This document shows, piece after piece, positions 1-8,809 of a stretch of 31,532 nucleotides of DNA. Every line of letters starts with the position of its first letter. Positions within the stretch are counted from its first letter, which is position 1. The stretch covers positions 1 through 31,532 of the IMG/VR virus record IMGVR_UViG_3300034171_000077; one strand, 5' to 3'. The notes below the pieces were generated by a model. The model was not told where the DNA came from. It ran no database searches and saw only the letters and a program-made list of their open reading frames with translations. This DNA is from a virus. Lineage: Duplodnaviria; Caudoviricetes. The position numbers and the translations under genes are program-made.

Positions 1-248
1 ACCACCACCGATCGATAAGGTACAGAAGAAACTTGATCAACCGTTTGATGTATAGCCTTTGCGAGCTGTCCCTCGTCTATCGAATCGAGAGCTAGCCCGG
101 CATCCTGCACAGCCTTGACCAACTCCCGCTGCAACATATTGAAATAGCTGGCCAGCATTGGAGTGGCCGACTCGCCTGTTCCAGGGTTACCAGGGCGCCA
201 TTCGCCCTCGGTGGTGGTTCGGTCTGTGTATGCGCTTATTTTTTCCAC
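1..248 (-). CDS. Tail fibre protein, N-terminal part (runs off the window)
   Basis: Not in the ORF track. GTG at 248 with AGGAG upstream; manual translation MEKISAYTDRTTTEGEWRPGNPGTGESATPMLASYFNMLQRELVKAVQDAGLALDSIDEGQLAKAI. This 'GNP..G..AT....yFN.LQ.EL...QL..AI' pattern is typical of fibre N-termini that follow gp48/YmfQ. Confidence 0.8.
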   Translation of the reverse strand, partial: MEKISAYTDRTTTEGEWRPGNPGTGESATPMLASYFNMLQRELVKAVQDAGLALDSIDEGQLAKAIHQTVDQVSSVPYRSVV

Positions 249-258
249 TGTGTTACTC

Positions 259-885
259 CTATTGCTCTAAATAACCGATTTGTAAAATCTGCCAACTTGG
301 CGCCGCTGCACGTAAGGCGCATTCGATCAATGCATTGCCCCAGGATCTGAGGGGGTCGCCGATCTGGGCTTCGTCAACTACGGATTCGCGCACGACACCG
401 CCCGGCAGCAGCACGCGGAAGGTGGAATCCCAGTCACTGCCATTAATGTCATCACCGATCACAGCGCCCTGGTGGCCCGTGGCTGTATCCACTTCCACCG
501 TCGCCTGGCGCAGCTCGATCACTTGGGCGCCTTCGTAGCCCAGCCCCGCAGCAATCTCTGCGTAGTCAGCAGCGCGCATTCCGCCCTGTGATACAACGCG
601 GCCTACCAGCGCAGCCCGCCGGTCAGCCATGGATTGAACGTTTGGTGCGCACTCACTTGGCAAGCCGTAGCTGGCTTCCCACTCGTCGAACAAATACAGT
701 GCTCGTCGCGGGTCTGCATCAACGAGCAGATCCGCGCTTTGGGCGTCAACCCGAGCGAACTCCAATGCGGAACCACCCAGCAGGCGCTGCACGTTGCTTT
801 CTGGATCTACTGGCCATGCCATTCCCTGCGGCAGAAGGCTAAACAGCAGGCTCTGGTAGTCTTGGTCGGTTAAGCTCACAGCCAT
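259..885 (-). CDS. Baseplate wedge protein, Mu gp48/YmfQ (DUF2313)-like
   Basis: Motifs LLPQGMAWP, WEASYGLP..C, LRSWGNALIEC; follows baseplate J. Confidence 0.88.
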   Translation of the reverse strand: MAVSLTDQDYQSLLFSLLPQGMAWPVDPESNVQRLLGGSALEFARVDAQSADLLVDADPRRALYLFDEWEASYGLPSECAPNVQSMADRRAALVGRVVSQGGMRAADYAEIAAGLGYEGAQVIELRQATVEVDTATGHQGAVIGDDINGSDWDSTFRVLLPGGVVRESVVDEAQIGDPLRSWGNALIECALRAAAPSWQILQIGYLEQ

Positions 886-1922
886 TGAATGGTGCCCCAG
901 ATTGGTAGCTCACCCGCGCCGTAGATCACGTTATCCATGGGCCATTGCAAGTCGTAGTCTTCAATGCCAGCCGCCGAACTGATTGCATGGCGTACGCGGG
1001 TGATCAGCAGAGTGCCACCGGGCTCATTCTCTCGCTCGATCAGATCCTGCAAGCTTGCAGCAACAGACGCGCGCACCTCTTGCGTGTCTGGAACCACCGC
1101 CAATTGCGGCGCAAAATCCACCGGCGTTGGTGCGATCACGTACAGGTGTGCACCTACGTTTTTCACTTGCGTGATGTAGTCGAACACGCTGTCCAGCAGC
1201 TGTTGAGATGGTAGCGGCCCGTCTGCGGCATCATCCGCCATAATGCGGATAACCACTGACCCAGCCCCCATGCCGCGCGGGCTTTCCCAGGCACGGGTTA
1301 CGCCCGGCACTTCAAGCGCCCAGCTTTCCCAGTCGCCCATGGCACCGCCACGCGGAACACGTGCCCGGCGCCGCAGAATACGGTCGCGCCAAGTACTGGG
1401 CACCTCTAAATCTGCGCCGCCCTGCAGCCCATTGATGCCTACCAGGGCTGCGCTATTTACTCCGGGCAATGGGGAAACGAGGCTCAGCTCTGCACCAGAC
1501 GACTGATCAGCCGCCGCTCCGGCTTGAACCGCCGCTACGGACGCCGTGGCAGTGCCAGCCGATATCGTTGCTTCAGCAGTGGTCACGTACTCCAGGCCGT
1601 CCACTTGCACCGTGGTTCCGGTGACGATTACCGCGCCATTAGTGCCGCTGAATACAACGCTGCCGCTTGCCTTGGCCGCCTGGCGGCGAGGTACTCCGGC
1701 GCTGTGCAGGTGCACCAGGTCGTCGTCGCATGTTTCGGGGAACAGCTGGCGCTCAAGCCACTGCAGATACCCGTACAGGCCATGCGTTACGCCGGCTTGG
1801 CTTGTTGCCAGCGCCTGAGTAACGCGCACAGCCAGTGCTGCCTGCGAACCGGGCAGCCGCGACAGCAGATCCTGGTCAACCCGCGCCATCAAATCCGTCA
1901 ATGAAGGCCGTTTATATCCCAT
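876..1922 (-). CDS. Baseplate J-like protein (Mu gp47)
   Basis: RPSL start, QLFPETCD, GGADLE, GG..DW..WALEVPGVTRAW motifs; synteny. Confidence 0.92.
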   Translation of the reverse strand: MGYKRPSLTDLMARVDQDLLSRLPGSQAALAVRVTQALATSQAGVTHGLYGYLQWLERQLFPETCDDDLVHLHSAGVPRRQAAKASGSVVFSGTNGAVIVTGTTVQVDGLEYVTTAEATISAGTATASVAAVQAGAAADQSSGAELSLVSPLPGVNSAALVGINGLQGGADLEVPSTWRDRILRRRARVPRGGAMGDWESWALEVPGVTRAWESPRGMGAGSVVIRIMADDAADGPLPSQQLLDSVFDYITQVKNVGAHLYVIAPTPVDFAPQLAVVPDTQEVRASVAASLQDLIERENEPGGTLLITRVRHAISSAAGIEDYDLQWPMDNVIYGAGELPIWGTIQWL

Positions 1923-1933
1923 CTAACCCTCCG

Positions 1934-2377
1934 TTATGCGGCGTTCAGCCACACGTAGTCGAATTGCCGTTCCAGCACAGCACCATCGCCGCGACGGATA
2001 ACCACCCGCAGCCCCAAAGTGTTGCGGCGCAGATGCCAGGCCTCCACTTCTACCGCTTCGGCTACCGCGTCTTCAATCAGCCAGGCCAGAGCTTCCTCGG
2101 CATATTCCCGCGCGCGGCGTAACACTTCGGCCTGTTCTTTTTCCCGGCTCAAAAGCCACAGCCGGGAACCGTGGGGGCGGTCGCGGTAAGCGTCTGCCCA
2201 GTAACCGCGCCGATCACTGCTGCCGTCTGGCAGGCGATCTTCTTCCAAGGCGCGGCGATCGGTAAACAGCGACAGAATCACCGCCGTTTGAAGGCTTTCG
2301 TCACGCGCAAGATCGCCATCTTCCAGGGCCAGATCAAAGCGCTTGTCGCCTGCATCGTATTTCAGTGCGAAGTCCAT
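1934..2377 (-). CDS. Baseplate protein, Mu gp46 family
   Basis: LQTAVILSLFTDRRA, RGYWAD, GSRLWLL, YAEEALAWL motifs. Confidence 0.92.
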   Translation of the reverse strand: MDFALKYDAGDKRFDLALEDGDLARDESLQTAVILSLFTDRRALEEDRLPDGSSDRRGYWADAYRDRPHGSRLWLLSREKEQAEVLRRAREYAEEALAWLIEDAVAEAVEVEAWHLRRNTLGLRVVIRRGDGAVLERQFDYVWLNAA

Positions 2378-2997
2378 TAGCTCATGCCTTGGTTCGGCGG
2401 ATTTGTCGGGCCGCCGTTGTCGTTCTCGACATGGTTGTGCCCGTTATAGGTGTCGCGCATGCCCTGTATCGTGCCCCTCGGATCGGCCACCGACGTGGCA
2501 GAAGACAAGGCGCCCGCGAACTCACCTGTGCCGTTCACGACCAGGTTGCCGTTGATGGTTACGTTGCCGTCGTGAGTCGTGGTGGCCGTGATGTGGCAAG
2601 TCGGCGCGGTCACCTCCAGGTGCTGAACCGCCTGCACCTGGATCTTGTCGCGCTTGAACACAATCACGTTGCCCAGGTCGTCGTACATGGCCACCTCGCC
2701 TTGGGCCAACTGTTTCAGCCGGTACCGGCGGTCGTCGATGGCCAGCGCGACCAGGTGCGCCCGGGCACCGCCCACGGCGGCCACAACCGCTTCGGCGCCT
2801 GGGTGCGGGTGGCTGGTGTAGCCGTATTCCTGAAAGCGCTCAGCCCACGCGGGCTCACCGCCCAGCAGTGACACTTGTACCCGCTGCAGCTTCAGGCTGT
2901 CGTCTACCAAATTCAGCACGCCGCGTGAGACCAGCAGGCGGATGCGCCGCCACACGGGTCCCATCAGCCGCTGCCATGTACGTCTTTGATCTACCAT
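2377..2997 (-). CDS. Baseplate spike protein, Mu gp45 / gpV-like
   Basis: ERFQEYGYTSHP, DDRRYR, GEVAMYD, C-terminal HxH metal-binding tip (YNGHNH). Start placed at ATG 2997, which overlaps the gp44 stop (TAATG). Confidence 0.9.
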   Translation of the reverse strand: MVDQRRTWQRLMGPVWRRIRLLVSRGVLNLVDDSLKLQRVQVSLLGGEPAWAERFQEYGYTSHPHPGAEAVVAAVGGARAHLVALAIDDRRYRLKQLAQGEVAMYDDLGNVIVFKRDKIQVQAVQHLEVTAPTCHITATTTHDGNVTINGNLVVNGTGEFAGALSSATSVADPRGTIQGMRDTYNGHNHVENDNGGPTNPPNQGMS

Positions 2998-4067
2998 TAC
3001 CACCCCCATCCGGCCGGAGTACCGCTACCACCGTCCGTTTTGGACTCAGGTTCCGGCACCGGCACAGGCTCGAAAGCCGCCGGCGGCGCCACGCGCAGTT
3101 CAGCCGTGCGCCCCTGATCGCTCTCAATAAGTTGAACGTCACTGATCAGCAGCTGCTCGTCCAGCCCCAGATAGGCATCGCGCACATGAACCAGGTCACC
3201 CGGTCGCCACACGCCTTGCTCGTGGCGCCACGTGCCCACGGTGTAGGTCACGCCCCGGCCCCTGGCCCAGCGCATCCGCGCTTCCAGTTCTGCCCGGGCT
3301 TTGCAGTCGGCGGCGTCGGCGGGGGTATCGCACACAATTAAGGTGGTTCGCGGCGCACGAATGCGGGGGTCGTTCACCTGGGCCGTTGGGCCTGCGGCAT
3401 CCTCTCCGCTCCAGCTGTCTGAACCTGGCGTTTGGCCGTGAACGATGTAGCTGTTAAACCGATCGATGTTACTGAACACGCCAGAACCCTTGCGAATATT
3501 GCCGCCCAGCTCCAAAGGCGTGCTGACCTCGCGCTGCACCGCGTGCACGATCACCAGGTGGCCCTGGGCGTCGCTTACAATGCGCGCACCGCGGATCTGG
3601 GCCGCGCGCTCGATGGCCTCGGCGATTGGTTGGCCATCTTCCAGGGCGAACTCGCGGAAGGGCTTGCTTGCGCCCACGGTATCAATCACGTCTATGCCGT
3701 AGGGCGCAGCCAGGGCGGTGGCGATCTGCACCAGGGTTTGGCCATCAAAACGCTGGTCTTTGCCGCTGCAATCAATCAGGTCTGCGGCCTTACTGCGGCC
3801 ACTGGCCGCGATGGTGTGGCTGGTCGCGTCGTAATCTGGCAGCACTTCGTCCAGGTAGCCGGTTACGAGCAGCTCATCCCCAACGTGCACAGTGCAGGCC
3901 TCGCCAGGGGTTACCGGGCGCACCATGCCAGAATCGCCCCAGCGCTCGGTGAGCGTTAGATCAAAGCTGTCTGCGATCATTTCCAGGCTCAGGCGAATGC
4001 GCACTTCCTGCCAGCCCTGGTGGCGCTGGCTGCCAATTTGCAGCACGACGGGCTCTTGGTTATTCAC
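2997..4067 (-). CDS. Baseplate hub protein, Mu gp44 (P)
   Basis: GWQEVRI, VTGYLD, GRSKAADLIDCS, WRPGDLV motifs; synteny. Confidence 0.9.
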   Translation of the reverse strand: MNNQEPVVLQIGSQRHQGWQEVRIRLSLEMIADSFDLTLTERWGDSGMVRPVTPGEACTVHVGDELLVTGYLDEVLPDYDATSHTIAASGRSKAADLIDCSGKDQRFDGQTLVQIATALAAPYGIDVIDTVGASKPFREFALEDGQPIAEAIERAAQIRGARIVSDAQGHLVIVHAVQREVSTPLELGGNIRKGSGVFSNIDRFNSYIVHGQTPGSDSWSGEDAAGPTAQVNDPRIRAPRTTLIVCDTPADAADCKARAELEARMRWARGRGVTYTVGTWRHEQGVWRPGDLVHVRDAYLGLDEQLLISDVQLIESDQGRTAELRVAPPAAFEPVPVPEPESKTDGGSGTPAGWGW

Positions 4068-5310
4068 TCAACACCTCCAGATCCATTCCACCGCGCAACG
4101 CACCTGGGTGCGCCGCGTTGTTGCGTATAACAATTTCGTCCGCACGGGTCGCGTCGCCATACAGGCGGTGCGCCACTACCAGTGCCGGCAGCGTCCGCTG
4201 CGGTGTGTAGATGGTCAGGGCTGGCAAGGCCACCGCGCGCGTGCGCAAATCGTTAGAAACCTTGGCGCGCAGATTTACTAACGCGGCATAAACCGCATCG
4301 GTAATGGCGGAATCTGCCATCATCTGTGCGTCAATCAGTGCCAGGGTGCTGTCGCCAGCCGCCAGGGCATCTTGCCGACTCATCCAGTCGGTGTCTGCCA
4401 CCACGCGGGCGGCGGTCAGGGTGGCGGCGCGGCCATTCAGCTGGCGCGCCGCGATGGTGTTCTGCACTCGCTGCCGGCGCTCTGGCGTGTCTGCAATGGG
4501 CGGGGTTACGCTGTTGCTGCTATTGCCAATTTCAAGCAACAGCCTTGCGGCCCTGGTCGGCGTGCCCGGGGTTAGCAGCACACGACCGCCGCCGTCGGAA
4601 TTGCTCTTGCCCAGGATGGTGCCGCCGCTATAAAGGTCCAGGGCTTTGATCGGGCGCAGCACTGCGTTGCGCAGCCGGTTAAAGCCACCCAGCACAATGC
4701 CCGCGATATTCACTGGGAAGCGGATCACGCTGGCCACCTCATCAGCAATGCCGCCCACCACGTCTTCAGCCGCCCGGATGGCCGATGCCAAATCGCGCTC
4801 CACTGCCACCAGCGACCAGCCCAGCAAACCCTCTACGCGCCACTTATCGGCAAAGTCTTCGGTCAGCGCTTCTTCAAAAACGTCTGCGGCTTTTTGCACG
4901 TCACGCTGGGTGTCTACCGTGGTGACCGGATAGGCTTCCACGCCCGCTTCGGAGAAGGTCACCTGGAATGTGCAAACGCCACCGGTGCGCGTGCTTTCGC
5001 TCCAGCGCACATTGCTGGCCACGGCGGTGACACTGCCCAGGTATGGGTGCACCAACGTGGCTGCGCCTGGCGCGTCGAACGCCCGGATCAGCTCGTTGCG
5101 CTGGCGATCGTAGTCGTCACCCGCCACGAACAACTGCAACCGCCACTCGCGCGCCTTACGCCCCATATCTTCGGCGTGGGGCCGGTCGCGGCGCGGGTAT
5201 TCGTGAATCAGCCAGCGGCGGCCACCGGTGGTATCGGCGCTGTCCACATGGAAGCGCACGTTGCGGTAGGAGCCCGCCAGTTCCGGGTCGATTCGATCAC
5301 GCCAGCTCAT
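4060..5310 (-). CDS. DNA circularisation protein, Mu gp43 (N)
   Basis: MSWRD..GSYRNVRF, HEYPRRD...EDMG, LVHPYLG and C-terminal PALVVAHRLYGDATRADEIV.RN...HP. Confidence 0.92.
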   Translation of the reverse strand: MSWRDRIDPELAGSYRNVRFHVDSADTTGGRRWLIHEYPRRDRPHAEDMGRKAREWRLQLFVAGDDYDRQRNELIRAFDAPGAATLVHPYLGSVTAVASNVRWSESTRTGGVCTFQVTFSEAGVEAYPVTTVDTQRDVQKAADVFEEALTEDFADKWRVEGLLGWSLVAVERDLASAIRAAEDVVGGIADEVASVIRFPVNIAGIVLGGFNRLRNAVLRPIKALDLYSGGTILGKSNSDGGGRVLLTPGTPTRAARLLLEIGNSSNSVTPPIADTPERRQRVQNTIAARQLNGRAATLTAARVVADTDWMSRQDALAAGDSTLALIDAQMMADSAITDAVYAALVNLRAKVSNDLRTRAVALPALTIYTPQRTLPALVVAHRLYGDATRADEIVIRNNAAHPGALRGGMDLEVLSE

Positions 5311-5353
5311 GTGCTAAGCTCCTGTGAGTCCATAAATCAGAAGGAGAAAACCT

Positions 5354-6100
5354 GTGTCTAATATTTTCCTTATAGTGCTGCTGCTTTCGCTGATCGCACT
5401 TGTAGTAGGGGTCATCAATCCACGCTGGGCGATGCCCTGGGCATCGAACCCTAGTCGAGGCAAGGCAGCCGGCCTCTACTTCGCTTTGATACTGGTGGCG
5501 CTTATCGGCGTCGGCGCTACCACGGATACAACCGAGCAAACGGCGACTGCGGCTAAACCAGCTGAACAGCAATCGGATGGCCAAGTGGTCGAGCAGGAAC
5601 CAGAGCCGGCCGCAAAACCCGAACCACTCTCTCCGGTCAAACTTGTCGCTACGCGCATGCCAGCCGGACAAAAAAGCTTTCTGGCGGTTATAGCAGAGGC
5701 CGCCAATGCGTACGAAGATGCGCCCAATGAACTCGTCAAATCCAGTATCGATAAAGCGCGTCGTGTCGACTCCAGAGAGTTCACCTCGAACGGCCAGCTG
5801 AAGGGCTGGGTCGGGATATTGGAGCGCCTGGGAACAAACGGCGACGGCAATGGAATAATCGTGATCCGAGCTAATCCAAAGACGACCTTTCAAACTTGGA
5901 ACAACGCCTTTTCGGACATCAACGATAAAACTCTCATTCCGAATGGGTCGGAGCTTTATAACGCAGTCGCGCAGCTTGCAGAGGGCACACCCGTGATCTT
6001 TTCGGGCCGCCTCCTCGGTGAAGGCAGCACAACTGAGGAAGGATCCGTAATGGAACCCGAGTTCATCGTTCGCTTTAGCAGTATTGAACCGTTGCATTAA
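5354..6100 (+). CDS. Membrane-anchored hypothetical protein (moron), opposite strand to the tail operon
   Basis: AAGGAG RBS then GTG. Two hydrophobic N-terminal segments, a T/A/P/E/Q-rich linker and a globular C-terminal domain. Confidence 0.8.
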   Translation: MSNIFLIVLLLSLIALVVGVINPRWAMPWASNPSRGKAAGLYFALILVALIGVGATTDTTEQTATAAKPAEQQSDGQVVEQEPEPAAKPEPLSPVKLVATRMPAGQKSFLAVIAEAANAYEDAPNELVKSSIDKARRVDSREFTSNGQLKGWVGILERLGTNGDGNGIIVIRANPKTTFQTWNNAFSDINDKTLIPNGSELYNAVAQLAEGTPVIFSGRLLGEGSTTEEGSVMEPEFIVRFSSIEPLH

Positions 6101-7917
6101 GGCGCCACCCCCAGCACTCCCGATTCCACCTGGAAGTCCATAACTCCACTGCGGTGCGCCTCAGTAACCCGGGGGCGCCCCTCAGAATCCACCACTATGC
6201 GCAACTCACCGCCCACGTCGGCTCGCGCTGGCCTGGGCATGGCAGATGGCCGGCCCTGGGTTACCGAGGCGCCACCGGCTTGCGGTGCTGCCATGCCACC
6301 CAAACCAAGCTTGTCTTTGGCCCAGTCCGGCATCCAGCCGGCCAAATCTTCCATTTTCGTTGATAGCCAGCCCGTTAGCTGATCCCAGCGCTCACTGATA
6401 CCGCTCCACAAACCGCCGATCCACTCACCACCAACTTCAGTGAGAGGGCGCGCGCCGAACATCTCAAACACCGCGTCGATGCCTTGAAGCAAAAGCGCCG
6501 CCGGGCTGAATGAAAGAAGGTCTTTGGTGATATCGCCGATGCCCTGGCTGAAAAACGCCTTAACGCCGCCCCACATGTCACCAAACCATTGAGCGATGCC
6601 ATCCCAGTTCTTGTAAATGAGATAGGCCGCCCCAGCAATAGCGGCCACCGCAGCCAAAATCCAGCCCACGGGCGTGGTGAGAATGGCCAAACCAAGCGCG
6701 CGGATACCCGCGACGGCCGCCGGTATCGCTCGGGAAGCCAGGCCAATCAGCCCCGTGCCCATGCGCGCACTCATTACTGCCGCAAGCATTGAAGCCCGGC
6801 CAAACGCAACCAACCGCCGGCCGCCGCTTAGCAGCCCTCGCCCCATCATCAACAGGGCTCTAACGGCGACTTTACCCGCCGTTAGAGCGAACACGCCCAT
6901 CTGGAAAATGGACACCAGCAAGGCTGCCAAAAACTTACCGGCCATCAAGCCGGCCACTAGGCCAAGCAAGTTACCGTAACCGCCGACGCGCTCGGCCGCC
7001 CAGGACACGGCAGCGCCGATCATTTTGAAGCCCTGCCAGATGTCCCGAATGCCGCTTACAATGTCGCTGGCGACCGCTTGCCGGTTGGCTTGCCCCAGCG
7101 CGCCCATACGCTCAATCCAGCCGTTAATAGCGGGTAGCAGTTCACCCACCACCGTGGTTTGAATACTGAAAAACATCTCGCGCAAGTCGCCCATCTGGCG
7201 AGTGTAGATACGGGAGTTATCAATCTGTTCTTCGCTGATAATGACGCCCCTGTCGCGCCCGGCTTGCACCAAAGCCTCCAGCTCTTCACGGCTGGCCTTG
7301 AGCATTTCCACCATTTGCTCGCCGCCGGCACCGCCAAAGATTTCATCCATTACACGCTGGCGTGCGGCGTCGTTCTCTAGCCCGCCCAGGCGCGACCGTA
7401 CCAGGTCAAACATGGCCGCCGCGTCGCCGCCCGTTTTGCGCAGTTCTTCAACGCCGATGCCCAACCGGTTAAAGGCCTCGGCCGCAGGGCCGCCGGCGGT
7501 CATCACAAACTCGTCCGCACGCAGGCTCAGTTCTTTGATGCCGTCGGCCAGCGCGTCGTTGCCAACGCCAAACTGTTTGCCCACGTACTGCCATTCCTGC
7601 AACCAGGTGGTGCCCACGCCCAAGCGCTCGCTGGTGGTTTTTACTTCGTTTCCAAGGTTGGTCACAGCGGACACCAGGCGCTCCGTACCCCATACCGCAC
7701 CAGCGGCGACACCTCCCATCACCAGCATACGCTGGCCCAGGTTACGGGCGTGCCCCATGACCGAACCCATGGCGGCACCCACCCGGCGAGCGGAAGCCGC
7801 CAGACGATCCAGCCCAGCCCGACGGGCCAGGCCCGACAGCGACTGCTGGATGCGCCGAACCGGGCGTGTTACCCGATCTACCAGCTGCATCACTATGCTG
7901 GTAACCATGTTAGACAT
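6097..7917 (-). CDS. Tail tape measure protein (Mu gp42)
   Basis: 606 aa, Ala/Gly-rich, hydrophobic central segments, IYKNWDGI-type aromatic periodicity; follows the tail chaperones. Confidence 0.92.
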   Translation of the reverse strand: MSNMVTSIVMQLVDRVTRPVRRIQQSLSGLARRAGLDRLAASARRVGAAMGSVMGHARNLGQRMLVMGGVAAGAVWGTERLVSAVTNLGNEVKTTSERLGVGTTWLQEWQYVGKQFGVGNDALADGIKELSLRADEFVMTAGGPAAEAFNRLGIGVEELRKTGGDAAAMFDLVRSRLGGLENDAARQRVMDEIFGGAGGEQMVEMLKASREELEALVQAGRDRGVIISEEQIDNSRIYTRQMGDLREMFFSIQTTVVGELLPAINGWIERMGALGQANRQAVASDIVSGIRDIWQGFKMIGAAVSWAAERVGGYGNLLGLVAGLMAGKFLAALLVSIFQMGVFALTAGKVAVRALLMMGRGLLSGGRRLVAFGRASMLAAVMSARMGTGLIGLASRAIPAAVAGIRALGLAILTTPVGWILAAVAAIAGAAYLIYKNWDGIAQWFGDMWGGVKAFFSQGIGDITKDLLSFSPAALLLQGIDAVFEMFGARPLTEVGGEWIGGLWSGISERWDQLTGWLSTKMEDLAGWMPDWAKDKLGLGGMAAPQAGGASVTQGRPSAMPRPARADVGGELRIVVDSEGRPRVTEAHRSGVMDFQVESGVLGVAP

Positions 7918-8074
7918 CGCGTTTCATCTCCTCGGCCAGTTGCTCCGCCTGGTGGTACCACCACATCAGGTCATCCATATCCATTTCCAGTAGTGCCGCC
8001 GGGTTAAAGCCGGTGAACGCCACTGCCACGGTGCGTATCAGCGCATCCCAGTCCCGTGGAGCTTCGGCAAAAAA
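7910..8074 (-). CDS. Tail assembly chaperone frameshift extension (P2 gpE'-like), reached by -1 slip
   Basis: The -1 frame from T TTT TTG reads FAEAPRDWDALIRTVAVAFTGFNPAALLEMDMDDLMWWYHQAEQLAEEMKRDV*; the stop overlaps the tape-measure start region. Confidence 0.8.
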   Translation of the reverse strand, partial: FFAEAPRDWDALIRTVAVAFTGFNPAALLEMDMDDLMWWYHQAEQLAEEMKRDV

Positions 8075-8406
8075 GGCTCAATCGCCTGCATCGCCAGATC
8101 CACGTCGCGCCCGTCAAGCTCATCCGCCGCTTGCACGGGAATGCGCGCCAAGGCCGCAATCAGCGCCAGGGTTTTGCTCATCTCGCCCTGCACTTTGTCC
8201 ATCGCTTTCAAGTGCTTGCCTTTTACACAACGGGGCAGCGTGAGCGTGTCCACGGTGCGCTCGCCGTCCAGCTTGCTGGCTTTGAATGTGACCGGCTGCG
8301 CCAGATGCACAATCACCGAATCTGAGGTGTGCTCAATACGCCCCACCTTTTCAGCCGTCGAGCTGTCCACTTGCTGTTCCAGCTCTGCGTCTTGGTGCTT
8401 TTCCAT
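8038..8406 (-). CDS. Tail assembly chaperone (Mu gp41 / P2 gpE-like)
   Basis: Between tube and tape measure; DELDGRD motif; ends in a slippery site. Confidence 0.85.
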   Translation of the reverse strand: MEKHQDAELEQQVDSSTAEKVGRIEHTSDSVIVHLAQPVTFKASKLDGERTVDTLTLPRCVKGKHLKAMDKVQGEMSKTLALIAALARIPVQAADELDGRDVDLAMQAIEPFLPKLHGTGMR

Positions 8407-8409
8407 CGC

Positions 8410-8766
8410 TTAAACCCTCTCGCAGGTGCGGGCGGCCATGTTCAGACGAATCTGGCCCTCACCGCTGTTCAGTTCGGCTGTCTCGGTCACAAAGGCACCG
8501 GTCAGCATGTAGTCTTGCCCGTTGTCGCACTCGAACAGCACAGTGGCACCGCGGATCTTGCCGATCTCGATGATGTCCAGCTCTTCGGTGTGCAGCACGG
8601 TGGCCTGCAGTGTTGGCGCCACCGGCTCCTCGTTGTAGTACACGCGGTTGCCGGCCATTTTGGTGGCGCGGTTGACGCCACCGGGATTGAGGGTGGCGCC
8701 GCGTTCGGTCGGGTATTCCTGGCCATCCACACGGATGGTGGCAAGCCCTGTGATTCGTCCGCTCAT
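8410..8766 (-). CDS. Tail tube protein (Mu gpM)
   Basis: ITGLATIRVDG..LNPGG..FECDNGQDY; 118 aa, directly after the sheath. Confidence 0.9.
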   Translation of the reverse strand: MSGRITGLATIRVDGQEYPTERGATLNPGGVNRATKMAGNRVYYNEEPVAPTLQATVLHTEELDIIEIGKIRGATVLFECDNGQDYMLTGAFVTETAELNSGEGQIRLNMAARTCERV

Positions 8767-8809
8767 GGGTGTTTACACTCCTGTTAACGGGTGGTTATTC
8801 GCCGCTGAA

